DNA from: Stylophora pistillata
Lineage: Eukaryota
DNA length: 64,000 nt
Assembly: GCF_002571385.2 (NCBI RefSeq)
Contig: NW_019218293.1
Span: forward strand, 84,033 to 148,032
Reading direction: 5' to 3'
Shown piece by piece: positions 1 to 12,175 of the stretch. Under the pieces are notes generated by a model. The model did not search any database. It was not told the DNA's origin and saw only the letters and a list, made by a program, of their open reading frames with translations. Positions within the stretch are counted from its first letter, which is position 1. Every line of letters begins with the position of its first letter. Position numbers and translations under genes: made by a program.

Positions 1-83
1 GGAAAATTCATAGAAACTGCAATGTTTACAAATACCGGAAGTCACGCATCATACTGACCCGTGATTGGCTTATTTACTGTTTA

Positions 84-353
84 GTCGCAGGGACTGGTCG
101 CACAAACAGTTCACACGAAGGGACAAACATTTGTTTCATGCGACAAGTCCCTGCGACTGGTCGCACAAACAGCTCACACGAAGGGACAAACATTTGTTTC
201 ATGCAACAAGTCCCTGCGACTGGTCGCACGAATTCAAACCAGTTTGAATTTGTGCGACCACAGAAATGTGTAGTTCACACGAAGGGACTGGTCGCATGAA
301 ACTGGTCCCTGCGACTAGTCACAGGGACTAGTCCCCTCATGTGTGCTGACCTT
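84..353. repeat. Minisatellite-like tandem repeat (~63-bp unit, GACTGGTCGCACAAACAG...), intronic
   Basis: The unit gactggtcgcacaaacagttcacacgaagggacaaacatttgtttcatgcgacaagtccctgc is seen twice in full, plus degenerate copies. It explains the repetitive 65..247 ORF. Confidence 0.8.
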
Positions 354-515
354 TAGAGAACAATGAAAAAAGTTTTACAGCCTGCAGTGAAGGAGTCTCA
401 GTTTGATTGAGATATTTATCACACAGAAAAGAGAAACAAAACCAATGCAATCCTCAATCACTTTCCACACTTAACTGAAAATCTCTCTTCAATTCAAAGT
501 ACTTTTGCCATTTAC

Positions 516-1603
516 CTTGCTTCATGCCGATACAGAGTGGTTTGTAATGAGGTTACAGTTGTAGTTGTATGTGTGTTACCATAATGGGGCAAGACTTGCT
601 CTCTGATATAATCCTCAATGAATGTCAAGGACCTAAAATAGGACAGAAGAGTAACCAATAATTTTTCACCCATGGTCATTTCATACCAAGTCAGTTTGTA
701 CCCAGCCAGTTGAGTTGATTTGTACTTACTCTAATAATTCAAAAGTATGTTTTCCATAGTAAGTATTTTTATCGTAGGGATAAAACAAATAAATGACCCT
801 TTCACCCCTACTTGTGCAATTCCATAGAAAACCATAGTGAAACCTGACTTGTCAACGCCTGAGAAACTTCGCAGGAATGAATACTGGGATTAGTTTGAAT
901 TGACCACTAGTTTGGGTAGGAACCAACTCAAACCTGGGTATGAAACAACTGAATTTGGACACAAAATGACTGGCTACAAAACGACCGTGGGTATGAAACC
1001 ACTGTATACTACAAGGATTCCCTCCACAAATGCTTAGCAATACACTTCGTTTTATGACAATTTTCCAGAGGAGTATGCCCCATATTCCACCCCCCTTAGA
1101 AAATTGATGCCTGCAGTATCAAGATCGACGGCTCTACGGTCGAAAATCTCACTCTTTGGCTTCAAAACAGCTTGAGAGACCTGGGTTTATGATCCAACAC
1201 GAAATACACGTATACCAAGCTTCCTAATTGTATGGGAAATGCTAATTACTGTCTTGTTCTCGCGCGCATCAAAGCACGATATCATACCTTCCCGATGCTG
1301 TGTAGTCACAATACGTCACTGTAGATAATAATGAAAACAATTCTCGTCTCAGGAACTAGAAGAGCAATCTCGAATTCAAGTTGCGCAAGAAATTTAGGAA
1401 TTAGTACGAACGACTAGCATACCATTTCTTCGCCCATATGGCCCAGAAAACGTCAAGTCTTTTCCAATACAGTTACGTTCAATGTACTTTAGAAGCTTCT
1501 CGTTGTTTCCTTTCTTCTTTCGCTGAGACCTTAGCCGCAAATTTGATAATTCTTCACTCGGAATATCGTAGAATTTCCTTGATCCGTGTTTCTGAGCCGC
1601 CAT
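516..1603 (-). CDS. PLP-dependent aminotransferase class V / cysteine desulfurase-like protein, first three exons (gene continues beyond the window start)
   Basis: GT-AG exons 1603-1423, 1318-1288 and 632-516 splice in frame to ...IGKDLTFSGPYGRRNVTYCDYTASGRSLTFIEDYIREQVLPHYGNTHTTTTVTSLQTTLYRHEAR. The YxDYTASG and YGNTHT motifs are typical of this family. Confidence 0.88.
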
Positions 1604-4306
1604 TTTGAATTAGACTAGAACCCAGGCTTTTTGAGGTAATGAAGTAATTGGAAAAGTTAACCGCTGGACAATCGGTGTAGTATACCACGCTGGTATACCG
1701 CTGAAAAGGAGCCAAAAATGACCCTGGGCTCGAGATTGAGTATCCTGTAGTAATCGAGGATTTTCATTCAGGGCAGATTGGATGAGCGATTGAGGAATCG
1801 ATGAACGAGAGAGGAAACACAATGATCGTGACTCATAATCGATCACTTTTAAAATTCTTTAAACCGCGTCCAAACTTCTCAGCAACCTTCTGTTTCTCAT
1901 CTCTTACCGACTGCACTGAGAGCTGCACCGCTAGCAAAAATTTGTCCCTGATTATCAAATAGCAGTCTTCAAACAAATGAATTTATTTCGTTTTTATTAA
2001 TCAGTTACCTGGAAAAGTGACTGAAATTAACTCCTCATGATGACCACATCCATAACCTTAAAAAGGTCATTAATTATTTTTTCACTTGTAATTTTCAGTT
2101 TCATAGACACGCAATGAATGCAAATTTCTGGGCTTTACGTAATTTTCGTTCGCAAATAAAAGGCAATGATTCCTTGCGTTTGTCTCGAACATCTTTACCA
2201 CCGAAGGCTTTATGATATGAATTGGGAAAACTTTAAGATTAGTGCTAAATATATAAATATAACAACCTTTGTGGTAGTTGTACCGCATTTCTTTTTTTTT
2301 TTTTTTTTTTTCAAGATATTTAGGTGGGCGCCGCGACAAAAACATAAAAGTTCCTGTCAATACAAGCTTGGCGATAAGCAGTATGGACAGACAAATATTC
2401 AACGGGAACTTCAGTACAACCTAACAAATAGATAAATCACCTGTTTCTGTAAATAAATACAAAACAGAGATTAACCTTAGGTTTGATTGCAAAGATCAAG
2501 CGATAAGATCCGCCTACAATATATTTCAAGTGCGAACTATATTTGACTTACAATGTACTGAATGCATAAGCACTGCTCAAGGTTATATCTATTCTTCAAA
2601 AATGAAAACGATCTAAATCCCTCTGTTGCTTTAATCTAAAAAATATTGCCTTTGGCGCCAAGATTAAGTCTCAGTCCTTGTGTTGTCAGTTCAATTTCAG
2701 TTTCAATGAAATTTCTAAAAACATTTCTCTGTTATTTCAGTAACCTCAGTTTATTCTTCCTCGGTTTTATGTTGTCAAAAGTGCCTCCGCCCGCACGGCA
2801 AATATTTACGCTTTAACTTATCGCCGTGTCGAGAGTGATTAAAAAGTTTCTTCCCGAAATACTCACGAGGAGACATAAACAGCCTAAGTTTTGCTTACAA
2901 GATTTCTTTACGTGCATTTTGACATAAAAAAGACCAAGTCGCTATAGCAGTTCGGTATATACATTGAGCGTCAGGCCATTTGAACGAAGAGCTGACAAGA
3001 ATCGATGCGTTATGTGTACAATGACGAACCAATGATTATTGAAAAAAGAACGGAAACACGAAAGCATTAAATCCCTTTTCTTGTGCAGACTTTAATAAAA
3101 CCATATGATACACTATAAGTCCCGAATTCGAGAAAAATTAAGGCCGTTATCAAATCTAAAAAAAAGGTTCCAAACAGAACTTATTTCAAACAGCAGTTAG
3201 GGTAAACGTGTAAAATAAATTATTTGTGATGTTGTAACAAGTCGAGTTTAAACTTTATCGGCTTCAGCGAATAACCTTATATCATTGCGTTAAAATTAAG
3301 TTTAATCAAGCAATTTAGTAGGTTTAGCGGAAAAGAATACGGTAAAAAAAGTGACCAATCATAACAAGTAGGTTTTTTTTAACTTTGTGTAAGTACTTAA
3401 TTATAGACGTACTTCCATTTCATGCTTTGTGTACTTTTTATGTACTTATCTTTCCATTCGCGTTCCCCGAAAATTATTCTTGGTCCCACTGCAAATGAAA
3501 ATATACCACCCAATAGAAATTTTAGACATCCAGAAACAAAAAATATTGCGCCCCGCAAAACAAGAGAAAATTACTGAATTCGCAAAAGAAGACTTGCAAA
3601 AAATTACCAATTAACGCGCTATCAGCCAAAGAACCTATAAATTTCAAAACAGAAAGCCTCGCAAGTTAGATCGGACACGGTTTAATTTCCCATCATCATT
3701 GATTCTCACTACGGCAAAATCAAAGTTGAATTCGAAAAAAGCCTCGGGCTTAATGAAAACTCTTTGAAAGGTTAATCCAGGAAACTTTCACGTCAACAAG
3801 GTAAATTTCCTATTTTATTTACAACTAACCGAGGTCTAGACTAAAATGCTTTGCTTTGAAGTTATTTTTGTACTGTCTTTGTATTTTCAGCAAGGGAATT
3901 ACAAAATCAATCGCTCGAAAGCAGGTAAAGTTTGCGTCCAAAAGTAGCATTTGAGAAGAAACGTTGACACCTTACTGCTCAAACCCTAAATCCAATTATC
4001 GCCAAAAATTTCGTTTCAAGGTAGTTGTAAACATTTTCAGCGCTAGAAATAAATTTTTAATTCGATTCTTGCACGTTTGAAGTCCCAATCGACGCTAATT
4101 GCTTTGGGGAAAAGTGCTAGTTTCTGTGGTTAATTGTCACTAACGAGACTTAAATCCTGAGGTTTCAATCATTTTTTTTTTAAGAAAAGTACGATGCACT
4201 ATGAATTCATGGGCCAACCGTTTCATGGTTTTCAAAAAACAGTAGCGGCAAACGCGTTTAAAACGCGGCTTTAAGCCCCTTTACGAACTGTTTCACGCAC
4301 TCTTAC

Positions 4307-7300
4307 TTTCATCTCTCTATTGTTGGACTTTCTCATTGTAGTTGAGTGCTGTTTCAGTTCCGCGAATAAATGGTCATTAATCTACAGGACAAATTTGCTT
4401 TAAGAGCGTTCATATATGTAAATTTGCCACCTTTACAGCTCGTTGACAGCTGAAAATACCGTTCAGAGTATAAACTCATCGGGTGCATTGACTGTTTAAA
4501 CCAACAAATCTATTTATTAGTTACAGAGGATAAAACACAGTTAGTACCAGGCGGACGAACATACAAATAATGCGGAATTAAATTTTGTTATATACAAAAA
4601 CCTCCCGTAGTGAAATAGCGCAGTCTCTACTGATCTCACTTGCCTTGGAAACTTAGCCTCAATTACGCAAAACAGAGGAAGTGAAATAAAAGAGAGAATT
4701 AACATTCGTCTTCATCGGTATAATTGTTTTAAAAATTCAGAGAAACTCTAACACGAATTTGAATGAGTGGTTCTTACTTCAAAAGTCTCAGGGACGCTTT
4801 TCAGTGATCTTTGAGGATGTAAAAGTTTCCCCGGCGGGAGGGATTGTGTGTTTGTTGTATCAGCTTTTGGCGGTAAAGTCGGGACTTGAATACTGATCTC
4901 TTCTCCAACATTGCCTTCGATATCCCCACTCGTGTTTTTACTGCTATTCCATTGCTCAAGCTCGTTCATAACAGCTAATATTTCTTCTAAGCTGTACAGT
5001 CCCTTTTCTGAATCGCTTCTGGAAAGAACCGGCGTGCGTGTGCCCTTTTCCCCTTGAGAAGACATCGTGCTGGACAGCCTTCTTCGTAATGGAGATTCGT
5101 CTGTGTTCAAAAGCGAGAGAAACTCGCCAAGGTCATATAGTGAAAGGCTCCCGCCGGAATCCTGGCGTGGGTTCAGCTGTGGTCGCGAAGAATTTTCCCT
5201 CCCCTGACTCGAACCAGTTGATTTTAACGCGCCATTAGTTTTGGCAGAATTTGATTCTGATTCACTTTCGCTGGATTTAGACGATGCAGATGACACGCTA
5301 GATAATCGTCTTCTCAAGGGAGATTCGTCTGCGTTTAAAATGCCCAAAAATTCGCGGAGATCATAAATAGAGCTTCTTTTTCGCGATGGATCGGGGGACG
5401 CACCACTAGGTTCGGTACCTGGTACTGGTAGAAAAACATCTTCGTAGAATTCGCTGTCGATGCTTCTGTTCGATTCATCAGTGACGAGTATGCTCACACC
5501 GCTTTGGGAAACGCCGGAAAATTTCCGCCTCGATAAACTTGCAGATGAAAGCTGTTGCTGATGAGTTGGCGACGGGTTTTGTTGAGCGGCATAAAGCGAA
5601 AGGAACTCTCTAAGATCATACACAGACATTTGCCGACTATTCTCGGTTACATCCGTAGCTGACGATGTATTTGTTGATGCTGCTAGGTCATTACCGGTCG
5701 AGTAGCCACTGCTCTCGTTCGTTGTAGTTACGGGGGAGGAAGCGACCGTAGATTTCTCGGATGAATTGGTCGATTGCAGGGGTGAAGATTGACCAGTTTC
5801 TTCGGCTTCACGTTGAAAATGAAACAACATCTCGCGTAAATTATACGTAGATTCGCCTCTTTACTCATTTTCCTGTTGTAACACACTCAGGATTTCTCTC
5901 AGGTCGTACACTGACCCTCTCGGCTGTTGCAAATCTCTTTTCGCACCTTCCTCAGAATTCAAACCAGTTTTGCTTCTAATTGTTGTTTGTTCTTCATCCC
6001 AAGGTGTGACTCGCGCAAGCGGTGGTATATCAGATGTCATAGACAGGAATTCTTCCAGATCGTATACAGACACACTTCGCTTCTCTTTAACCTTGCCAGT
6101 ACCTGAATCGCTCATGTCGCTTTCTGCAGCGCTAGGCCCTTCCTTGTGAAGAGCCGGGCTACTAGGACCTGAATTAGGGCGCGAATTACCCCCGGAACGC
6201 GGCAGAGATAAAAACTCCATGATGTCGTAAGTAGACGTTCTCCTGGCTTCCTCGCTGCGGTTGGCAACGGAGAGCAAGTCATTTGAACTAGAGCTGGCAT
6301 GCGGCGTTAATAAAATTCGCGGCGAAGTCGAACGGCTAGAGTTCTCGCTGGTAGATCCAGAGCCCGTTTCGCTGATATTTCCGAGAGAGAGAAACTCCAT
6401 TAGGTCGTAAACTGAGCCTTTTCTATCGTCTCGCTCTCTCCCAGGAGGCACAAGATGCGATGATGAGTTCGTTTGTGAGTTATTTGCGCTTACTTTGTTC
6501 GTTGTTGTCTTCTTAAGTTGCTCTGCGTTGGACGCTTCGGCCGCCGCCATCAACAGGAACTCCCTTAAGTCATAAACGGACTCACTGAGTTCCCTCTCGT
6601 TCGCATTAGAGGCGGCGCTTGCATTTCGAGACGATAAAGCCGTGGTGGAAGCCTGCCGCTTTAAATCTTCCTTCTGCAGCAAGGTTAATATTTGCTGCAA
6701 GTCGTACAATGAATGCCTCTTTTCCTCGTTTTTCGGTGGGTTTAACATATTGACGTTGCGCTCTGTCAGAGCACCTCCTCTTTGCAATTCTTTCTCACTT
6801 TGAGAGCAGCTCTTTCCTTCAATTTTTAGTCCATCGACATCGGCATCATAAATTAGATTTTGCTTTTTCAAAGAGGGTCTCCGCCTGTCAACAAACTGCT
6901 CTGCGTCCGTTATATCGTTTAATGACTTTCGACCTTTTTGCTTGATCTCAGAGTTAGCAGATTCACTGCAAACCGGTGAACTAGGGGTGCTCTGTGGTGA
7001 ATTTGCAACATCAGTTTTCCAGCGTTGATTACTGTAATTTCTGCGTTTGCCGCCGTGCTCTTTTGTTTTTTCCTCAATCTCAGCGTTATTCAGTACTCGA
7101 GAATTAAGCTTTGATCCGTCGATGTCCTGTACGGCAAGCTGTGGACGGGTTGAAAGGTTCGATCGGACTACTGGCATAAAACCTGCTACGAGGGGAGACA
7201 TAGAACGCTCACTGACATTTCCATCGGCGAGAAGTCGCAAATTTTTCTTCCTATTTGATAACTCAGGAGAAGATTTTGCCAGCCTGCGCGACCTTGTTAA

Positions 7301-7843
7301 CTTCTTTGTAGGTTGAAAGATGCTGCTTCCCCGGCGGGGCAAGAGCGAATCTTTATGTAAAGGGAGAAATTCGTCATTGCTAGTTTGTGAACCTAAGCGT
7401 TGGCGACTTGCTTTCCCTCTTACGTGAGAAACATTTTCGCTGTCAAAAAAACTTGTTTCGTCTTCACTGGTTTCCTTGACAGCTGCCTCCATAATTAATT
7501 TCATTTCATCCTCGGTCTTGTTGTTATTTTTCTTAAGTTTTTTCGAGCGTCCCTGCAACCTTAAACTCTCCACTTTGTTTGCCATATTCATTGGTGATGT
7601 TGACATCGCAACTTCGGCGTTTTCGGTTGATGCTGCAGTTTGGGTTTCGTTTCGAAACCTTTGCGCGCCGGTTGATGTGGAGCGAAGCGAATCCAACTGC
7701 ACGATAGGAGGAAGTCGCACAAGGCCATGTTTATCGCGAACGATCCCCAAATTTCTCTTGGAGTCTTCGCCGTCGATTTCAACGGAGCTTTCTTGGGTTA
7801 TTGGCGGAAGCTTCAGGTACGAATCTCCAAACGCGAAAGCCAT
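4307..7843 (-). CDS. Large Ser-rich, disordered protein with 11 [RK]xxSxYDLxEFL repeats; interrupted by an in-frame TAA at 5861-5863; 3' end unresolved
   Basis: First ATG is at 7843 (MAFAFGDSYLKLPPI...). ORFs 5861..7861 and 4748..5830 share a frame and are joined by open codons RGESTYNLRE. There is a donor GAA|GTAAGA at 4778/4777 and a probable next exon 4381-4307 (INDHLFAELKQHSTTMRKSNNREMK|GTAAGA). Confidence 0.75.
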
Positions 7844-10800
7844 AAAGACACCTCCAAACAACGATAATTTGAACCGCGAGAATAGCGTTGAAGTTTGTAA
7901 ACAGTTTTAAACTGGCGAAAAAGCGACACCTCGTTACCGCTACACTGTGTTTCTGTCGAGTATCGACTTGGAATGATATCTAAACAGCAAACATCGCTTG
8001 AAATTGCCCATCCATGAGCGCTTCAGCTCGTTATTGATTTATTTTTAGACTGGAAACAGAGCAACTGGCGGAAGGGGCATTGAAAATGACGTCGACGGCA
8101 ATAACTGAGACTTTTAGCGCATAAATTAGCCGGGGAGCCTATTTTTGATCTCAATGTTTTTTTCCAGTCGATGGCAGCCGGATGTGAGTTTAATCCACCA
8201 ATAGGCTGCGAGTCACTGATTCAAAGCGCTTAAATAAATGTGGTTCACTTGGACATTGAGATCACTTTTACGTCAAAGAAATACTTAAAGTTCAGCCTTG
8301 ACAGATCTGGCTAGATAGATTTGTTTTCAACAATTTACTGTAACCCTAACAGGTTTTTTTTTTTAACGTAAACTCTGACTTCGCAAGTTTCATCTAATCG
8401 AGAAAATATCTTTAATTGTTTCATTTCGACGGTAAACTCTGGCACCCCCTAAATGAGCCACATTTTAATTAGACCTTCCGTGCGCAGAGCTGATGTCATA
8501 AATGTTAGTCTTGCAGTCTTCGCTCGGTAAATAAAATTCAAACAGCAGGTGTTATCGGCACTAAGCGGACGATCGCGTTTCGCAAAATTCGCACAAGGCT
8601 CAATTGCCTGAGTAACTTACGATCGAACTGTATTCCAGTCGAATTCAAACAACATTAGCCTTATAGAGTTACGTTTGGTTACTGTCTACAAAGTACTTGA
8701 CTGTGTTCGGATCGATCAAATTTTCGTTTAGGCTTTCCTGACTAAACCTCTAAAATCTCAATTTTAAGGAAAACAAGTAAAAATATCGGCCTGGATTTAT
8801 GATTGACATGAAAAATTATGCTCAAATGAGAAGTTTTTTTTAATTGCTAGTCTCTGAAATTTCATATTCCTTGTTTTGGCGAATTAACACAAAGATCTTG
8901 AAGAGTTTTACGTTATGATCTTCTCTTTCATTTTACTGAAATCCCATATTTCGTACTGCTAGCCTACTGTTTGTTTTTTAACATAAATGGCTCTATTACG
9001 AAGCGCAATCCTCGCTAAAAGCAAATTAGTGATTCTCTCTCGAGGAAATTGCGACTTCGCAGGTTGCTGAAAAATTTGCATAAATTTACGTGGGCGAGAA
9101 CGAGACCCCAATTTTATGGAATAAACAGAAGAAGGAAAACACTCGATATCGTTTAGGCTAGTGACATTTCTTTTAACTACGTCATTGGCTCCCAAATTGA
9201 ATTGATAAATTTGTCTTTAAGCGAGTGGGAACAACTTTGCACCGATTACGGCCACAATGGAGAGGAGAAAAATTTCTGATGGCCGAAAAAATCGGCCTCT
9301 CTCAAAGACTGAGAGTCGTTCAGATATCGTCCAAGTTACAGTGTGTAAACAGTGTTGATGTGCAGCAAAAAAATATTAACATATTCATTTTTCCGAATGT
9401 AATGTTTCCTTTGTAAACACCTATTTCCCTTCGGGCTTCAAGAAAGATAATCAAATATTCCAAACATTAAATGGCTTTGGTAGGTTAATTGGAGAAAATT
9501 TTCAGGAACTGCAATTTGATAGAGTACAAGGTTCTGGCTCTATCCAGATGTTTGTTTCCTATCCCCACAGTTAGTCAATTACCTTTTTCCTTTTAAGCTT
9601 AGAGGCTAACCTTCATGATCTTGTTTCCTACAATTTATTGAAAAACACCAACTGGTCATCCATAAGTAATTGGATGTCCATCTCATAGTTTTTCTGATTC
9701 TGTATTCATGCTTTGCATGACTCCTTAGATATAAACAGAACAGAAACGATACTGAGGCACTTCTGAGCGATCAAAATCATCCTAAACATGATCATATAAT
9801 GACTGATCGGATAACGATCATACAAAACTCTGTTTTTAATACATCATTCAGTGGAACCTTATGGATTAAAACTTCTCGATTTCAGACTTTTTCAGTCACA
9901 GAACAGATAACTCAAGGAGTCAAAAATTCGATCGGCAAATCTCAAAGCAACATGTACAGCTGCTGCTTTTCTAACCGCTCTGGAAATCAAAGGCTGGGTT
10001 TTGTGCACAGTGATTGATGGTCACAGCTTCCAATATTCCCGGACAAAATGAACAGGAATGAAAACAAAAACACGCCACAATTTAGAAGTCCAAATCGTGG
10101 GCGAGTTGCACGCATGATTTTTTCTGCAGGGAAGCTCTACACGTACGACTGTCATCTTATCGACATTTACTAGCCTGCACGCCGCCTGTGATGTCTGCGT
10201 ATGCCCGCGAAAAATATAGAAGAAGCACTTGAGGAGCTTTATGTAAACATCAGCCTCTGTTGGGCGCGCAAATATTGCCCGGTTGATCATGATCGCGGAC
10301 ATTATTAGATCTTATGAGATCCGAAAGGCGAAAAGTTTTCTGCTGAGCAAAGAAAAAAAAAAAAAAAAAAGGAGGAGAACCGTTGGCTTTCATGTTTAAA
10401 TAATGTTCCTTTAACAAAGATTAGAATATATTTTCATGCCAAATTAGGGCCTCGCATGGCCATCCCTTCATTAACAAATTTTCTCCGCGCGCTGGGCAAA
10501 ATTTCGTGGAACAGTTCACCCGCAAAAATAATCAACTCTTTTAAGTGTTGACCGTTAAGCACTAGTGTAATTTTACGATCAAAATATTTTTCACTTCTTC
10601 AGCGATAACGTCAAAACGCTCTCCTTCTTAAATCAACTGTTTATGGAAGGCTTTCATCACACTGGAGTCAGGGAAAATGCTTCAGTTTATTCGGTCACAA
10701 GTCAATCATACGTGAACTTTAAGGCCAGTTCTTGAGTGCTATGGGTGTTGTCATCCAATTTTTTCAGAAATTGAGAAGGGTTTTTGTCCCTAACGTTTCT

Positions 10801-10879
10801 GCTACTTCCTAAAGTCGTGCGCAGCTTGGGTAAATACAGTGTTTGCAGTTGGCAGAACACAGAAAGTCAGTTAACAATG

Positions 10880-11195
10880 ATGTATTTAATTGATGGGTCT
10901 GCAATTTATTTACTTTACCTCCGGCCTGCAGAACGCTGATAATTCTATTCAATATTTTTTGTTTGTCTCTTCTTTATTTCATTAATTTTTTTTTTTTCTT
11001 CATCTTTCACGTTAGCCCGAGGGAGGAAGAGGCGTATTGATTTGATAGGCCGGTTATTTATTTACTTTATCTCTGGCCTGCAGAACACTGATGATTCCAT
11101 TCAATATTTTTATTTGTCTTTTCTTTATTTTTATTTAATTTTTTTTTTCATCTTTTCTAGAGTCTGAGTGTTCGTGCGACCGAGGGAGGAAGAAT
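10880..11195. repeat. Local tandem duplication (~150-bp unit, 2 copies)
   Basis: The block tttattttactttacctccggcctgcagaacgctgataattctattcaatattttt...gagggaggaaga is repeated at ~10905 and ~11055. Confidence 0.75.
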
Positions 11196-11534
11196 GCGAT
11201 GAGATTGCCCCTTGCGAACGCCAGCCTCGCGCACGCCATTTTTGCTTTGATAACTGTTCGCCATGATTGATCTGAAATCACTGGGTTTTTTTAATTAATT
11301 AATTAGTTTTTTTTTCCATTTTTCCCGTAGCTTAACTCAATCGGACAAACCCCGAATCAAACAAACTTAGTTTGTTAAGGGTAGAAGCAAAGAGGAAGAG
11401 AGTGATAATCAAAATAACGTTGGTCCTAATTAAAGTTGACATCCGAAATACAGGGAAAAGATAAAACAAAAGAGAATACAAAGAAAGTGGATCGCCTGAT
11501 CTATCCGTATTTGGTGATTGATTGTTCCATGCGG

Positions 11535-12175
11535 CTCTGATTGGCTAATTTTAATCACACGCGGGAAAAAGAACTTGAATTGTCTTACGGCGCCAAACTT
11601 GAATCACTTACCTCACATCGCCACAAGGTCAAGTTAGTTTGGAAATTTGCAGTAGATATTTTTCTTTTTGGTTACCCTTTTTAAGAGAATTTTTCTTTGC
11701 ACTATGGCCGACAACTCAAAGCAAGAGAAGAAAACCAAGAAACCTTCTTCTTACGTCCTTAAACGAAGTAAGGTTTTTGTTTTTCTCTAACGAACTGCGC
11801 AAGTATTGACCGCCATCTTGTTCATGTACATTTCACTTTCACTTCCAGATGGAAAAGAGGAGGAGATCAATCTAAATAAAGTCACTGCTAGGATCAAAAA
11901 GCTTGGTTATGAGCTCTCTGAGTTTGTTGACACGGTAAGATTACTTTTACGTGTAAATCGGTGAACGATAGGATCGACTAATCGAACTGAACAATAACTT
12001 ATCTTTTGGCGCCAAATGGCAAAACGAAATCTACAATTTATCTTTGGGATTGATTGCAAATGCCTGTTTCTGTTCCATAATATTTAACTTTTGGACAAAT
12101 GAATCTCGTGGAATCCTTGAGAGTACCATTTTCTTTGTCGTCTTCAGGTCAAATTGAAAAATCTTGGCGCGCAAT
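11535..12175 (+). promoter_or_regulatory. RRM1 promoter/5' region with an inverted CCAAT box and E2F-like sites
   Basis: ATTGG at ~11540; GCGGGAAA at 11561; GGCGCCAAA at 11589. The last two are each followed by TTGAA. Intronic TTTTGGCGCCAAA at ~12004 and TTGGCGCG at ~12164. Confidence 0.55.

Noticed and set aside
84-340. CRISPR-like regular repeats
   Set aside because: The spacers are identical between units, the context is a eukaryotic intron, and no cas genes are present.
1833-2240. Possible terminal exons of the repeat-protein gene (DKFLLAVQLSVQSVRDEKQK...; VFPIHIIKPSVV...)
   Set aside because: I could not build a stop-free, phase-consistent splice path from the 4381-4307 exon.
5861-5863. 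Selenocysteine or pyrrolysine recoding of the internal stop
   Set aside because: The codon is TAA, not TGA or TAG.
7047-7910. Antisense ORFs overlapping the repeat-protein gene (also 29643-30023 and 36672-37237)
   Set aside because: Shadow frames of real coding exons; no motifs of their own.
9580-10302. Exon-like or ORF-like stretch upstream of RRM1
   Set aside because: Multiple stops in the plausible frames and no recognisable product.
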